Source: Pseudolabrys sp.
GTDB lineage: Bacteria > Pseudomonadota > Alphaproteobacteria > Rhizobiales > Xanthobacteraceae
DNA: 64,000 bases
NCBI GenBank assembly: GCA_051986235.1
Contig: JBPYDR010000076.1
Coordinates: forward strand, 924 to 64,923
Direction: 5' to 3'
In this document: in pieces, positions 53,393-63,279 of the stretch
How positions within the stretch are numbered: the stretch's first letter is position 1
How the letters are laid out: each line of letters begins with the position of its first letter
The notes under the pieces: generated by a model
Told to the model about the DNA's origin: nothing
Seen by the model: the letters and a program-made list of their open reading frames with translations, nothing else
Databases searched by the model: none
Translations under genes and position numbers: made by a program

Positions 53393-54493
53393 TCAGGACG
53401 TCCGATACTCGTAAGCGGCATCTTTGCGTTCCGCCGCCAGTTCCGCGACCACGGTGTGATGCGGCGAGAGGTAACATACCGGATCGGCCGCGCGGGCGTC
53501 GCCCGTAAGTAGGAAAGCCTGGCAGCGGCATCCGCCAAAGTCCTGATCGCGTCGGGCGCAGGATCTGCACGGCTCCTGCATCCAGTCAGTGCCGCGAAAA
53601 GTCAAAAATGCTGGCGAGCTCCGCCAGATGTCGGCAAGTGAGTGCTCGCGCACATTCCAGAATTCGAGCCCTGGAATGACCTCGGCCGCGTGGCATGGAA
53701 GCACCCGGCCTGCTGGCGTCACGTTGAGAGAGCGACGGCCCCAGCCGCCCACGCAAGGCTTGGGAAAACGCGCGTAATAATCGGGGACCACAGCATCGAT
53801 CACGATGCGGCCCTGGTGCTTGGCCCGCAGCAATTCGACCTGCCGCACGGCTTCCTCGACCTGTTCGCGCGTCGGCATGAGCGCGGCGCGGTTCTTCAGT
53901 GCCCAGCCGTAATACTGCACATGCGCGATTTCCACGCGGGTCGCGCCCAACGATAGTGCGAGCTCAACCATCGATTCGACGCGGCCAATATTGGCGCGGT
54001 GCACCACCATATTGACGGTGAGCGGCATCCCCAGATTGACGACCTCTTTCGCCAGTTCCCGCTTGCGCGCGGAGGCGCCCTTGTAGCCCGCGATATGATC
54101 GGCAGATGCTGCGTCGCTGTCCTGAATAGAGATCTGCACGTGATCGAGGCCCGCATCCGAAAGCGTCGCTAGATTTTGCGGCGTCAGTCCGACAGCAGAG
54201 GTAATTAGATTGTTGTAAAGACCGGCTTCACGCGCCGCCTTGACAATCTCCGGCAGGTCGCGCCGCGCCGCTGGCTCGCCCCCCGACAAGTGTACCTGCA
54301 GAACGCCGAGCGCCGCCGCTTCACGAAAGACCCGCGCCCATGTAGTCGTGTCGAGTTCGTCGGCACGCTTGTCGAGCGCCAGAGGATTCGAACAATAGGG
54401 ACACCCGAGCGGACAGCGGTGGGTGAGTTCGGCGAGCATGCCGAGCGGCGCGGACAAGGCGACTCCATTCGTCGTCATCGCAAAAGCACTCAA
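53393..54493 (-). CDS. pqqE: PQQ radical SAM maturase
   Basis: [17 protein letters not shown] and SPASM-type C..C.....DFGGCRCQA. Confidence 0.96.
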   Translation of the reverse strand: MSAFAMTTNGVALSAPLGMLAELTHRCPLGCPYCSNPLALDKRADELDTTTWARVFREAAALGVLQVHLSGGEPAARRDLPEIVKAAREAGLYNNLITSAVGLTPQNLATLSDAGLDHVQISIQDSDAASADHIAGYKGASARKRELAKEVVNLGMPLTVNMVVHRANIGRVESMVELALSLGATRVEIAHVQYYGWALKNRAALMPTREQVEEAVRQVELLRAKHQGRIVIDAVVPDYYARFPKPCVGGWGRRSLNVTPAGRVLPCHAAEVIPGLEFWNVREHSLADIWRSSPAFLTFRGTDWMQEPCRSCARRDQDFGGCRCQAFLLTGDARAADPVCYLSPHHTVVAELAAERKDAAYEYRTS

Positions 54494-54786
54494 CCCAGAT
54501 CCAGCAGCTTCTTCTCGGCCAATCCGCTCAGCAGTTGCACGACATCGGCGTGGATACGTTCACGCGGCGCGGCGAAGGTCGCTGCAAGATCGTCAACGAT
54601 CGCAGCCAGTGTGGTGTCGCCGGTGCACCGCTTCAGAATTTCGACGGTAACGACGTCAGCCTTGAACACGCGTTCCGGCGCGAGCAGGACCCAGCCGCCT
54701 TGAGCTTTGTTGTGCGCAAGCCGCACGCCACGTGGCAGACGTGGACGCGAAACGTCGGACACTTGCATCGCCGGCCCACCCATCAT
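54490..54786 (-). CDS. pqqD: PQQ peptide chaperone
   Basis: PRLPRGVRL....Q..WVLLAPER...EILKRC.G. Confidence 0.92.
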   Translation of the reverse strand: MMGGPAMQVSDVSRPRLPRGVRLAHNKAQGGWVLLAPERVFKADVVTVEILKRCTGDTTLAAIVDDLAATFAAPRERIHADVVQLLSGLAEKKLLDLG

Positions 54787-55514
54787 TATTTCTCCGGCAC
54801 GAACGCACCTGGCGGAATGTGTCCGGGCGATACATAGGCGTGATAGAGCGCGTCCAGCATCGACCAGAGAATGCTGCATTTGAATTCGAGCGCGGCAAGT
54901 ACAGCCTGCTGCTGTTCCGGTGTCCGCGCCTCGCGCTTCACGAAAGTGAGCGCAAAATCGGCGTCGCGTTGAGCCTGCGGCGGACGTTTGTCGAAATAGC
55001 TGAGCGTCTCGCGCGTGATGAAATCGTAGTTCGCCAGCATGCCCGCCATGCGTTCGCTGATGATCACCGGTGAAAACATCTCGGTGAGCGAGGACGCGAT
55101 CGCCTCGAGCAAGGTCTTCTCGCGGACAAAGTGCACATAGGCCTCGACGGCAAAATGCGTGCCCGGCAGGAGTCCACGCAATGACGTGACGTAACCGCGC
55201 TCAAGCCCAAGCCCGTCGGTAAGCTTGAGCCAGCGCGCAATGCCGCCATCACCCTCATGCTCGCCATCATGGTCGACAAGACGCGAGCGCCATTCGCGGC
55301 GCACGGCGGAATCCTCGCAATGCGCAATCAGGCTCGCGTCCTTGATGGGGATCATCGCCTGATAATAATAGCGATTGAGCGCCCAGGCCTGCACTTGGCC
55401 TTTGCTACACTTTCCGCCGTGCAGCAACGCGTGAAAAGGATGCAGGCGATGGTAGCGCTTTGCACCGATGTCGCGCAGCGCGGCTTCCAGTTCGTCTGGC
55501 GAAAGCAACTTCAC
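54786..55514 (-). CDS. pqqC: PQQ synthase
   Basis: RYH.LHPFH, WALNRYYYQ..IP.KD and FKC..LW.MLDAL. Confidence 0.96.
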   Translation of the reverse strand: MKLLSPDELEAALRDIGAKRYHRLHPFHALLHGGKCSKGQVQAWALNRYYYQAMIPIKDASLIAHCEDSAVRREWRSRLVDHDGEHEGDGGIARWLKLTDGLGLERGYVTSLRGLLPGTHFAVEAYVHFVREKTLLEAIASSLTEMFSPVIISERMAGMLANYDFITRETLSYFDKRPPQAQRDADFALTFVKREARTPEQQQAVLAALEFKCSILWSMLDALYHAYVSPGHIPPGAFVPEK

Positions 55515-56410
55515 AGCACGATCTCCATACCATCCTCGGCGACCTGCCAGCCGGCTTCTTCGACTTTTCGTCGCTCGGGCGAGCCCTCGATCAGGACCGG
55601 GTTGGTATTGTTGATATGCACAAATATGCGCCTCGCCGGCAGTCCGGCCAAGGCGCGCAGGGACCCGCGATCGCCGTCGATCTGCATGTGGCCCATGCGG
55701 CGACCGGTCTTTTGTCCGGTCTCAGCGCGGATCATCTCGTCATCGGTAAACAACGTGCCATCGAAAAGTACGACGTCAGCGCGTGCGAAGCGTTCGCGCA
55801 TTGAAGGCGTTACCGCCGCGGTCCCGGGCACAAAAACCATGCGCGCTCCCTCACGCTGAAATTCGATCCCGACATTCGCCGCGCTTTCGGTATCAAGTTC
55901 GGGCGCCTCGCCCTCGAGATAGAGCGGAAGTTTGCCAGGCACCATGAACAACGTCGCCTCGATACCTCCCGCAAGCAAGAAGCGTTCGCCCGGATTGATC
56001 GCGCGTCGCGACATCATGCTCATTGCGCTAAACATGGCATTGGCGGCTACGGCCGCGTGACCAGCAGGCGTGGCGTAAAGCGTGACAGGCGAGCTCTCCC
56101 GCAACGAGAGTAGCCCCGTGATTTGGTCGATTTCGGCGCCAGTGAGCACGACGGCATCGATTGGACTGCCGCGCAGCGCCCCCTGCGGGTGCAGGGCGGG
56201 CGTTGCCCGGATTTGCGAGGGGAGATCGGGGGAGGCGTTGATCAAGGTCCAGCGCCCATCGCCTACCGATACGGCAAGACCGGTCTGGGTGCGGGGCCGG
56301 ACGCGCGAATCACCAGCCCACGCCAAGGCGCAGACCCGGCAGCGGCAATTCCATTGCGGAAAGGCACCCCCGGCCGCCGACCCAAGCACAATGGCGGTGA
56401 GGCGCCCCAT
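55511..56410 (-). CDS. pqqB: PQQ biosynthesis protein B
   Basis: LGSAAGG.FPQWNC.C..C, MGHM and HINNTNP. Confidence 0.96.
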   Translation of the reverse strand: MGRLTAIVLGSAAGGAFPQWNCRCRVCALAWAGDSRVRPRTQTGLAVSVGDGRWTLINASPDLPSQIRATPALHPQGALRGSPIDAVVLTGAEIDQITGLLSLRESSPVTLYATPAGHAAVAANAMFSAMSMMSRRAINPGERFLLAGGIEATLFMVPGKLPLYLEGEAPELDTESAANVGIEFQREGARMVFVPGTAAVTPSMRERFARADVVLFDGTLFTDDEMIRAETGQKTGRRMGHMQIDGDRGSLRALAGLPARRIFVHINNTNPVLIEGSPERRKVEEAGWQVAEDGMEIVL

Positions 56411-56441
56411 CTAACGGGGCCTTGGATGAAGGCTCAGAAAA

Positions 56442-56519
56442 TCAGAACTCGGCCGGTAGATAGCCGTTGATCTCGAGTCCAATGCAAATCTCTATAAGGA
56501 TAGGGGTCGACCAAGCCAT
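56442..56519 (-). CDS. pqqA: PQQ precursor peptide (absent from the ORF track)
   Basis: MAWSTPILIEICIGLEINGYLPAEF with ExxxY; AAGGA ribosome-binding site. Confidence 0.93.
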   Translation of the reverse strand: MAWSTPILIEICIGLEINGYLPAEF

Positions 56520-56905
56520 GGCGTTTCCTTTCGACCGCATTCAGACGGGCGGTTTCCGGCCACATTAGCGCAGGCCGGGGCTACCGCAAGGGGCCCCGAA
56601 TCATAGGAGCCATCGCGCCTTGGTCATGGTGGCCGCCATAACCGTGCCGTAGATAAGACATATGGGTATAACTGCTGTAATGCGCCCGGAAACCTTATAC
56701 CCAGCCGCCTGTTGACTTACGCTCCGCCTACCTGTCCAGCTAAAAGCTCCCGATTCGTTCAAAACGTTCGCTCGTGCAAAATAGCCACAGTTGACGCCTG
56801 TTCTCGCTGGGCCGTTGGGAAAAACGTAACTGGGTGCGCGCTATCAGTTAAACTGAGTCGAACATTTATCGGGGCCCTATGCCCCTGACAGTCTTGGGAG
56901 AAAAC

Positions 56906-58912
56906 GTGGTGAAAAGTGCACGATTTGACCATTTGCTGGCCTCCACGGCGCTGGTCTTGGTACTCGCCTTGTCCAGCCACGCCGGCATCGCGCAGCAGAG
57001 CGACAACCCGACCACGGCGTCTGTGCCTGTGCCGGACACGACGCTCCCGCCGCCGCTGACGGCCAAAGACGTCGAAGCGCCCGCCATGCAAGCGGCCCCG
57101 GCCGCTGCAAAGGAAGAGCCGAAACAGAACGCCACGACGGCTCCCTCCGAGCCGGCCAAGGCCGCCAACGTCGCCACGCCCACCGATCCCGTCGGCGAGA
57201 AGCTGCGCGAGCTGATCACAGGCCGCCAGTTTGAGCGGCTGGTTAGCCGGAAGGCTGACCGCGCTGGCATCGAGGCCTATTATCTCTCGCACAACTACGC
57301 CCCGATCTGGGTCAGCAACAATGCTGGCAATGATCGCGCCAGGACCGCGATCGCCTACCTGGGTCAGGCCGATGCGGTTGGCCTGGATCCGAACGACTAT
57401 CCGGCACCCGACTTCAAGTCTGCGACAACGCCCGACGCGCTTGCCGAAGCTGAGCTCAAGCTCACCGCCGCGGCGTTGACCTTCGCGCGGCATGCGCAGA
57501 TCGGGCGCATTCACTACACGCGCGTGAGCCCGGATATCCTGTACGAGTTGAATGCACCTGAATCGGCCGACGTATTGGCCAAACTCGGCGATGGTAGCGA
57601 TGCCGGCAAAGTGCTCGACGCTTACAATCCGCCGCAGGCAGAGTTCAAGGCGCTCAGAGCCAAGCTCGCCGAGCTGCGCAAGGGACTGGCACCATCTGAA
57701 ACCAAGACCGCAGAGAAGCCCGAGCTTCCGCGCGTGCACGTGCCGGATGGCAAGATCCTCCGCCCGGGTATGAAAGATGCGCGCGTGACCGCGCTGCGCA
57801 AGCGTCTCGACGTCGCGGGCGACAAAGAGAACCCGGTCTATGACGATGCTGTTCGCGATGCGGTCAAGACGTTTCAGACCGAAAACGACATCGATGTCGA
57901 CGGCGATCTTGGACCGAACACTGTCCGCACGCTTAACGGCGAACGCCGAGAGGCACGTCAGAGCTCCGCCGACCCGACTGATCTCATCATCGTGAATATG
58001 GAGCGCTGGCGCTGGGCACCGCGCGACCTGGGCAATCCGCATGTTGTCGTCAACATCCCGGATTACACGCTCACGCTCTACAATAACGACAAGGTCTACT
58101 GGCACACGAAAATCGTGGTCGGCAAACCGAATTTGCCGACGCCGATGCTCAGTGCCGAAATGAAGTTCATCACGGTCAATCCGACCTGGAATGTGCCGCC
58201 GTCGATCATCGAGAAAGAATACCTGCCGGCTCTGGAGGCGGATCCGCAGGCACTCGACCGCATCGGCCTCAAGCTGACGCAGGACGCCGATGGCACGATC
58301 CATATTTCACAGCCGCCGGGAGCCGGAAACGCGCTCGGCCGTATCCGCTTCAACTTCCCGAACAAGTTCCTGGTCTACCAGCACGATACGCCGGACAAGT
58401 ACCTGTTCTCGCGCGATAAGCGCGCGTTCAGCCACGGCTGCATGCGCGTGCAGAATCCGCTGACCTACGGCGAAAAGCTGCTGTCGCTGGTGTTGCCGAA
58501 GGAGCGCTACACCGAGGCGCGCCTGGAATCGATGTTCGGCGGCAGCGAGATCAACATCAACTTCCCGAAATTCATCCCGGTGCATCTGACCTATCAGACC
58601 GCGTTTGTGGATGATGCGGGCAAGCTGCAGCGGCGCGAGGATGTCTACGGACGTGACGCCAAGATGCTCGCCATCCTCAAGAGCAACGAGCGCAAGGTCG
58701 CCGACATTGCGGTCGAGCGTGCGTCGCCGAATTCCTCATCCAAGCCGGTGCGTATGCCGGCCGGGATGTACGGTAGCGGCGGAAGCTATGGCGGTGGTGG
58801 CAACTTCTTCGATTGGATATTTGGCGGACCGCAGGGCGGTGCCCGCCCCTATCCGCCGCGTAACGTTCCGCCTCCGGCGCGCAACAACAACGGACGGTAC
58901 AGCTGGCGCTAG
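56906..58912 (+). CDS. L,D-transpeptidase (YcbB/LdtD-like) with PG-binding domain
   Basis: NMERWRW, VVNIP, NPTWNVPPSI and Y.HDTP...FSHGCMRV. Confidence 0.92.
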   Translation: MVKSARFDHLLASTALVLVLALSSHAGIAQQSDNPTTASVPVPDTTLPPPLTAKDVEAPAMQAAPAAAKEEPKQNATTAPSEPAKAANVATPTDPVGEKLRELITGRQFERLVSRKADRAGIEAYYLSHNYAPIWVSNNAGNDRARTAIAYLGQADAVGLDPNDYPAPDFKSATTPDALAEAELKLTAAALTFARHAQIGRIHYTRVSPDILYELNAPESADVLAKLGDGSDAGKVLDAYNPPQAEFKALRAKLAELRKGLAPSETKTAEKPELPRVHVPDGKILRPGMKDARVTALRKRLDVAGDKENPVYDDAVRDAVKTFQTENDIDVDGDLGPNTVRTLNGERREARQSSADPTDLIIVNMERWRWAPRDLGNPHVVVNIPDYTLTLYNNDKVYWHTKIVVGKPNLPTPMLSAEMKFITVNPTWNVPPSIIEKEYLPALEADPQALDRIGLKLTQDADGTIHISQPPGAGNALGRIRFNFPNKFLVYQHDTPDKYLFSRDKRAFSHGCMRVQNPLTYGEKLLSLVLPKERYTEARLESMFGGSEININFPKFIPVHLTYQTAFVDDAGKLQRREDVYGRDAKMLAILKSNERKVADIAVERASPNSSSKPVRMPAGMYGSGGSYGGGGNFFDWIFGGPQGGARPYPPRNVPPPARNNNGRYSWR

Positions 58913-58931
58913 CCGCTGGACCGGCACACAG

Positions 58932-58965
58932 AACGCCGGCGCATCGTCGCCGGCGTTTTTGTTTT
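58932..58965 (+). terminator. Intrinsic terminator
   Basis: AACGCCGGCG..CGCCGGCGTT-TTGTTTT. Confidence 0.7.
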
Positions 58966-58980
58966 GACGATTTGCAAAAA

Positions 58981-59057
58981 TGGTACAGGCGGGTGGACTT
59001 GAACCACCGACCTCTGGTTCCACAGACCAGCGCTCTAACCAACTGAGCTACGCCTGC
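58981..59057 (-). tRNA. tRNA-His (GTG)
   Basis: Reverse complement GCAGGCGTAGCTCAGTTGGTTAGAGCGCTGGT-CT-GTG-GA-ACCAG...GTTCAAGTCC...CGCCTGTACCA. Confidence 0.95.
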
Positions 59058-59222
59058 ACGCGCGATCGGCTTGTTCGATACTTGATCCAAGCGGGCGGAA
59101 CCTAGGTGCCGCCTGCCCTTTTGGCAAGCGTCCACGTAGGTCGCAGCCATATAAACGAAACCCGGGCATTCGCGCCCGGGCTTCGCACCCTCTAGTTCCA
59201 GGCGTTAACGCGCAAGGGCGCG

Positions 59223-59723
59223 TCAGGCGTTGAACGTGCTGCTGATGCTTTCCTTGATCGGCTCGACCGTATCGGTCGCGACTTTCTGAGCGTGCTCGGA
59301 GAGTTCCTTGGTCTGAGCGATCATCGCATCGAACTGCTTGCGCATGAAGGCGCTGGTCAGCTCGACCACCTCGGCATAGGACTTCGCGCCCATCAGTTCG
59401 CCCATCAGGTCGAAGGTGGCATCGGTATTGGCGCGCGTAGTCTCGATCACCTTGAGGCCATAGCTCGCACAGCCCTTGGAAGCCGTGGAGTATGTGTCTT
59501 CGAGGACGTCGGTGGCCTGCTCGGCCGCGCTCTTGCACTTCTCGTAGTTTTCCTTGGCCTGCGCGATGCCCTTTTCGGCGAACTCGCGAAACACAGGCGG
59601 GACCTCGAATTTCGGCATTTCAAACTTGGGCATGTCGAACTTCGGCATTTCGAAAGCGGGCGCACTGACGGCGACCGGCTTCGGCTTGGATTTAGTGGCC
59701 GAGGAAGCAGCGGTTTCAGGCAT
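59223..59723 (-). CDS. phaP: Phasin
   Basis: FEVP..FREFAEKG..QAKENYEK and F.RKQF.....QTKEL; N-terminal F(E/D)MPK repeats. Confidence 0.88.
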   Translation of the reverse strand: MPETAASSATKSKPKPVAVSAPAFEMPKFDMPKFEMPKFEVPPVFREFAEKGIAQAKENYEKCKSAAEQATDVLEDTYSTASKGCASYGLKVIETTRANTDATFDLMGELMGAKSYAEVVELTSAFMRKQFDAMIAQTKELSEHAQKVATDTVEPIKESISSTFNA

Positions 59724-59870
59724 GAGAATCGTCCTTTGGCTGGCGGAGGGCGTGATCCCGCATGGACCACACACCCTCGGCAAATAGGCCCTATCTTGTG
59801 TAAGCCGCAGCGCACCTGCGTGCTGATGCGCCGCGATCTAAGGGTGCAACGCCTATACACCCATTTTTGA

Positions 59871-59898
59871 TGCAATGCAATAAAAATATTGCATTGCA
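59871..59898. promoter_or_regulatory. Likely PhaR operator
   Basis: TGCAATGCAATA-AAAA-TATTGCATTGCA, perfect 12-bp inverted repeat upstream of a phasin. Confidence 0.65.
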
Positions 59899-59969
59899 CA
59901 AAATCGCCACAGGGGACCGGTCTGGCGACCCGCGCCAGGTGCAATGGACCTTCAACGGCGGTCGGCTCG

Positions 59970-60347
59970 TCAATGCTGCGGGTCCTGACCCGCCATTTTT
60001 GCCGCTCGTCTGCCCAGCTCTTTCCCCCGCTCCGTGAGCACCGCGATCTGGTTGTTTACGTACTCCGCATGCAACGCCATGACATCATTGGGGTCTTTGG
60101 CCTGTAGCAGCTTCCGCGCGAACTCGAACGATGAAGCGATGTTCCGTTCGGCGAAACCCATCACAAGCTCTCCGACTTCCTTGGCGCCGGCTTGTGCGCT
60201 CGCGGCCTGATTTTCCGCAGTGCTTACAGCGTGCTGCGCTGCCGAAATGAAAGCATCGAATGCGTGCTTGGCCTGTTCGACGCTCTTTTCAGCCAACGCA
60301 AGCATGTCGGCCGGAATTTCGAAGCCGACGTTTCCTTCCTTCGGCAT
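59970..60347 (-). CDS. phaP: Phasin
   Basis: FEIP..M...AEKSVEQAK.AFD and FAE.NI.SSFEFA.KL..AKD. Confidence 0.85.
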   Translation of the reverse strand: MPKEGNVGFEIPADMLALAEKSVEQAKHAFDAFISAAQHAVSTAENQAASAQAGAKEVGELVMGFAERNIASSFEFARKLLQAKDPNDVMALHAEYVNNQIAVLTERGKELGRRAAKMAGQDPQH

Positions 60348-60540
60348 GACATTGCTCCTGCATGTCCTCGGCCACCGATCGGGCGGCCTCAAGGATATCT
60401 AGGGCGGCACTCCACCGCGCCAGTGATGCGAACCAACTCGCATTAACGATATTGAGGGTTCGGACAGGGCGCTGTCCGCTGGCGCCGCCCGTTACCGGCC
60501 GTATTGAGACTTTATTAGCCGTGAATTCTGCGACCCCGGA

Positions 60541-61127
60541 ATGACGGAAGCCAACCCGCAGCTTGCATGTTTTCGTGATCAGCTGCTGGCAGCGCAGGCG
60601 CTCAGCCCTGCGCCGGTCTGGCTTTGGAGCACCGATGCCGAGCACATTCTGTGGGCCAACCCCGCGGGCGCGGCAATTTTCGATGCCGCCTCACCGGGTC
60701 TGCGCGGTTTCGGCGCGGCATTGAGTGGTATGTTGGTATGCTCGTGCTCGCGACTGACGCTTGCCAACAACACCAACGCGATACCGATCGTCTCAACCGA
60801 GCGCGCTGCGCGCGACCTCTCCTTGCCCGACCGCGCGCACCGTTTGCTCGCCGACTTCAACACCCCTGCAGCCATATTTGCCGCCGACGGCGAATTGATC
60901 GACGCGCTACCATCGGCGCAGACACTCCTCGGTGACCGTCGAGACCTGATCACACTCGATGCAGAGCGGCTCGCTCGCGAAGCGAGTCACAACGGAGCTC
61001 GCGGAAGGCGAGATTTCTGCCGGGCAAATCAGTATGCTTAAGCTCGGCGCCGGATCGACATTCACATTATCTTGCCGTTTTCGCGATAGCTGCGGAAGCG
61101 TCGGCGGTCGATTCAGAGGCGACTACC
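60541..61127 (+). pseudogene. Frameshifted N-terminal part of a PdhS-like kinase
   Basis: P.WLWS.D...ILWAN..GA start; coding sense moves frame near 60995 and 61070 into the 61128 ORF. Confidence 0.6.
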
Positions 61128-63254
61128 ATGGTGCCGAATACGTCGGACTCCACATCGTCGGAAACACACCCGCCCCGGTTGCCCTTGCGCTTTGTATGGC
61201 AGACCGATGCAGAGGGCAGATTCAGCCTTGCAACCAGGGAATTTCCCGAACTCCTCGGGCCGAAGACGTCTGCCGTGCTTGAAGGCACCTGGATCGAAAT
61301 CGCACAGACTCTGAAGCTTGATCCTCAGGGGCAGATTGCTGCCGCCATGGCAGCGCGGCAAACCTTCAGCGGAATCGTCCTACACTGGCCGCTCGACGAT
61401 TCCGACGACCAGATGGTGGTCGAGATGTCGGGCCTGCCGGTATTCGACCGCGAGCGTGAATTCACGGGCTTCCGCGGCTTCGGCATCTGTCGCGACCGTA
61501 AGGCTGGTGAGAGGGTGCAGGATCGCGCCGATAAGGCTTCCGAATCTGCGCCACTGCCGGAAGACGATCCGGCAACAATGGTTTTTCCGTTTCCTTTCGA
61601 ATCACGCCCGCACGAACCGAAACTTGACGCACAAGAGCACAGTGCGTTCCGGGAATTGGCACGCGAGCTCAGTGAACGGCTGAAGCGGCCGCCGGGTCGC
61701 TCCGCAGCCTCGGACGATTTCGACGCCGATCCGCCCGTTCCGGTGGCTCAGCCGGTGCGCCAACCGCCCAAACAACTTCCCGACATTCAAGACAGTCGGC
61801 CGATTCTCGATCGGCTGCCGGTGGGTATCCTGGTCTATCGCCTGAGCACGTTGATTTACGTCAACCGAGCTTTCCTTGAGTGGACCGGCTACGCGACCCT
61901 GGATGAATTGAGCGAAGCGGGCGGTCTCGACAGCCTGTTCATCGAGAGCAAGGACAATTCCCCGGACAGCAAAGGCGCTGGCAAATCGCTGACGATTGCC
62001 ACAGTCAGCGGCACGCAGAAGCCGGTCGAGGGCCGCCTTCTTAGTGCCGCCTGGAACAACGAGAACGTTCTCGTGCTGATGGTCGATACGCGGTCGGGCG
62101 ACGGGGAAAAGACGTCGCCTGCACCAATACATGATGCGGAACGGGAAAATCGCGAGCTCAGGGCGATCCTAGACACTGCAACGGATGGCGTGCTGGTGCT
62201 CGATGCAGGCGGTGGCATTCTTTCCGGGAACCGCAGCGCGCAGGCGCTGTTCGGCTACGATGCGGCCAACTTCGCCAGAAACACCTTGGATGATCTGCTG
62301 GCCCCGGAAAGTCGCCGCGCCGCCCACGAGCATTTGGAGCGGCTGACGAACAGCCGGGGCGCGGGAGTGCTTAACGCTGGCTATGAGGCGGTCGGCCGTG
62401 TGCGCCAGGGCGGCCTCGTTCCGCTCTACATCACGATGGGGCGTATTGAAGGCAGCGAAAAGCTGTGCGCGGTGCTGCGTGACATCACGACCTGGAAGCG
62501 CAGCGCTGAAGAACTAAACAGCGCCAAGCAGGCGGCCGAAAAGGCTTCGGTCGCCAAGTCGGAATTTCTCGCGAAAATGAGCCACGAAATCCGCACACCG
62601 CTCAATGCCATTATCGGCTTTTCCGAAGTGATGATGGACGAGCGCTTCGGCCCCATCGGCAACGAACGCTACCGGCAATACCTGAAAGACATTCATGCGT
62701 CCGGTGGACACCTCATCTCGCTGCTCAATGATCTCGTCGACCTCTCGAAAATCGAAGCAGGAATTCTTGATCTCACCTTCGTCAGCGTCAATCTGAACGA
62801 TCTGCTGCAGCAGTGCGTGGCCATCATGCAGCAGCAGGCCAACCGCGAGCGGGTCATTATCCGTACGGCACTAGCTGCCAATCTTCCGCACATCATCGCC
62901 GACGCGCGCTCGCTGCGTCAGATCGCGCTTAATCTGTTGTCGAATTCGATCAAATATACGGGTGCGGGCGGTCAGGTGATCGTCTCAACCGCACTGACCG
63001 ACGATCAGGAAGTCGTGTTGCGCGTGCGCGATACTGGAAACGGAATGAGCAAGGAAGATCTCGAGACCGCACTCGAGCCATTCCGTCGGCCGGACGCGAC
63101 CGGACAATGGGATTCAACCGGGAGTGGGCTTGGCCTGCCGATAACGAAAGCGCTGGTCGAGGCCAATCACGCCCGTTTTCGCATCGCCAGCGAAGTCGGG
63201 GATGGAACACTCGTCGAAGTAGCATTCCCGACCACGCGACTGCTGGCGCATTGA
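61128..63254 (+). CDS. PAS-domain histidine kinase, PdhS/DivJ/PleC family
   Basis: PLRFVWQ.D, AILDTATDGV, FLAKMSHEIRTPLNAIIGFSE, NLLSN.IK and GSGLGL. Confidence 0.88.
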   Translation: MVPNTSDSTSSETHPPRLPLRFVWQTDAEGRFSLATREFPELLGPKTSAVLEGTWIEIAQTLKLDPQGQIAAAMAARQTFSGIVLHWPLDDSDDQMVVEMSGLPVFDREREFTGFRGFGICRDRKAGERVQDRADKASESAPLPEDDPATMVFPFPFESRPHEPKLDAQEHSAFRELARELSERLKRPPGRSAASDDFDADPPVPVAQPVRQPPKQLPDIQDSRPILDRLPVGILVYRLSTLIYVNRAFLEWTGYATLDELSEAGGLDSLFIESKDNSPDSKGAGKSLTIATVSGTQKPVEGRLLSAAWNNENVLVLMVDTRSGDGEKTSPAPIHDAERENRELRAILDTATDGVLVLDAGGGILSGNRSAQALFGYDAANFARNTLDDLLAPESRRAAHEHLERLTNSRGAGVLNAGYEAVGRVRQGGLVPLYITMGRIEGSEKLCAVLRDITTWKRSAEELNSAKQAAEKASVAKSEFLAKMSHEIRTPLNAIIGFSEVMMDERFGPIGNERYRQYLKDIHASGGHLISLLNDLVDLSKIEAGILDLTFVSVNLNDLLQQCVAIMQQQANRERVIIRTALAANLPHIIADARSLRQIALNLLSNSIKYTGAGGQVIVSTALTDDQEVVLRVRDTGNGMSKEDLETALEPFRRPDATGQWDSTGSGLGLPITKALVEANHARFRIASEVGDGTLVEVAFPTTRLLAH

Positions 63255-63279
63255 TTTCGAAATCGGCTAGGCTTTGCGG

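Noticed and set aside
53393-56519. Radical SAM plus short peptide as a novel RiPP
   Set aside because: Fully explained by canonical pqqABCDE with an ExxxY precursor.
56759-58303. 514-aa minus-strand ORF
   Set aside because: Antisense shadow of the L,D-transpeptidase.
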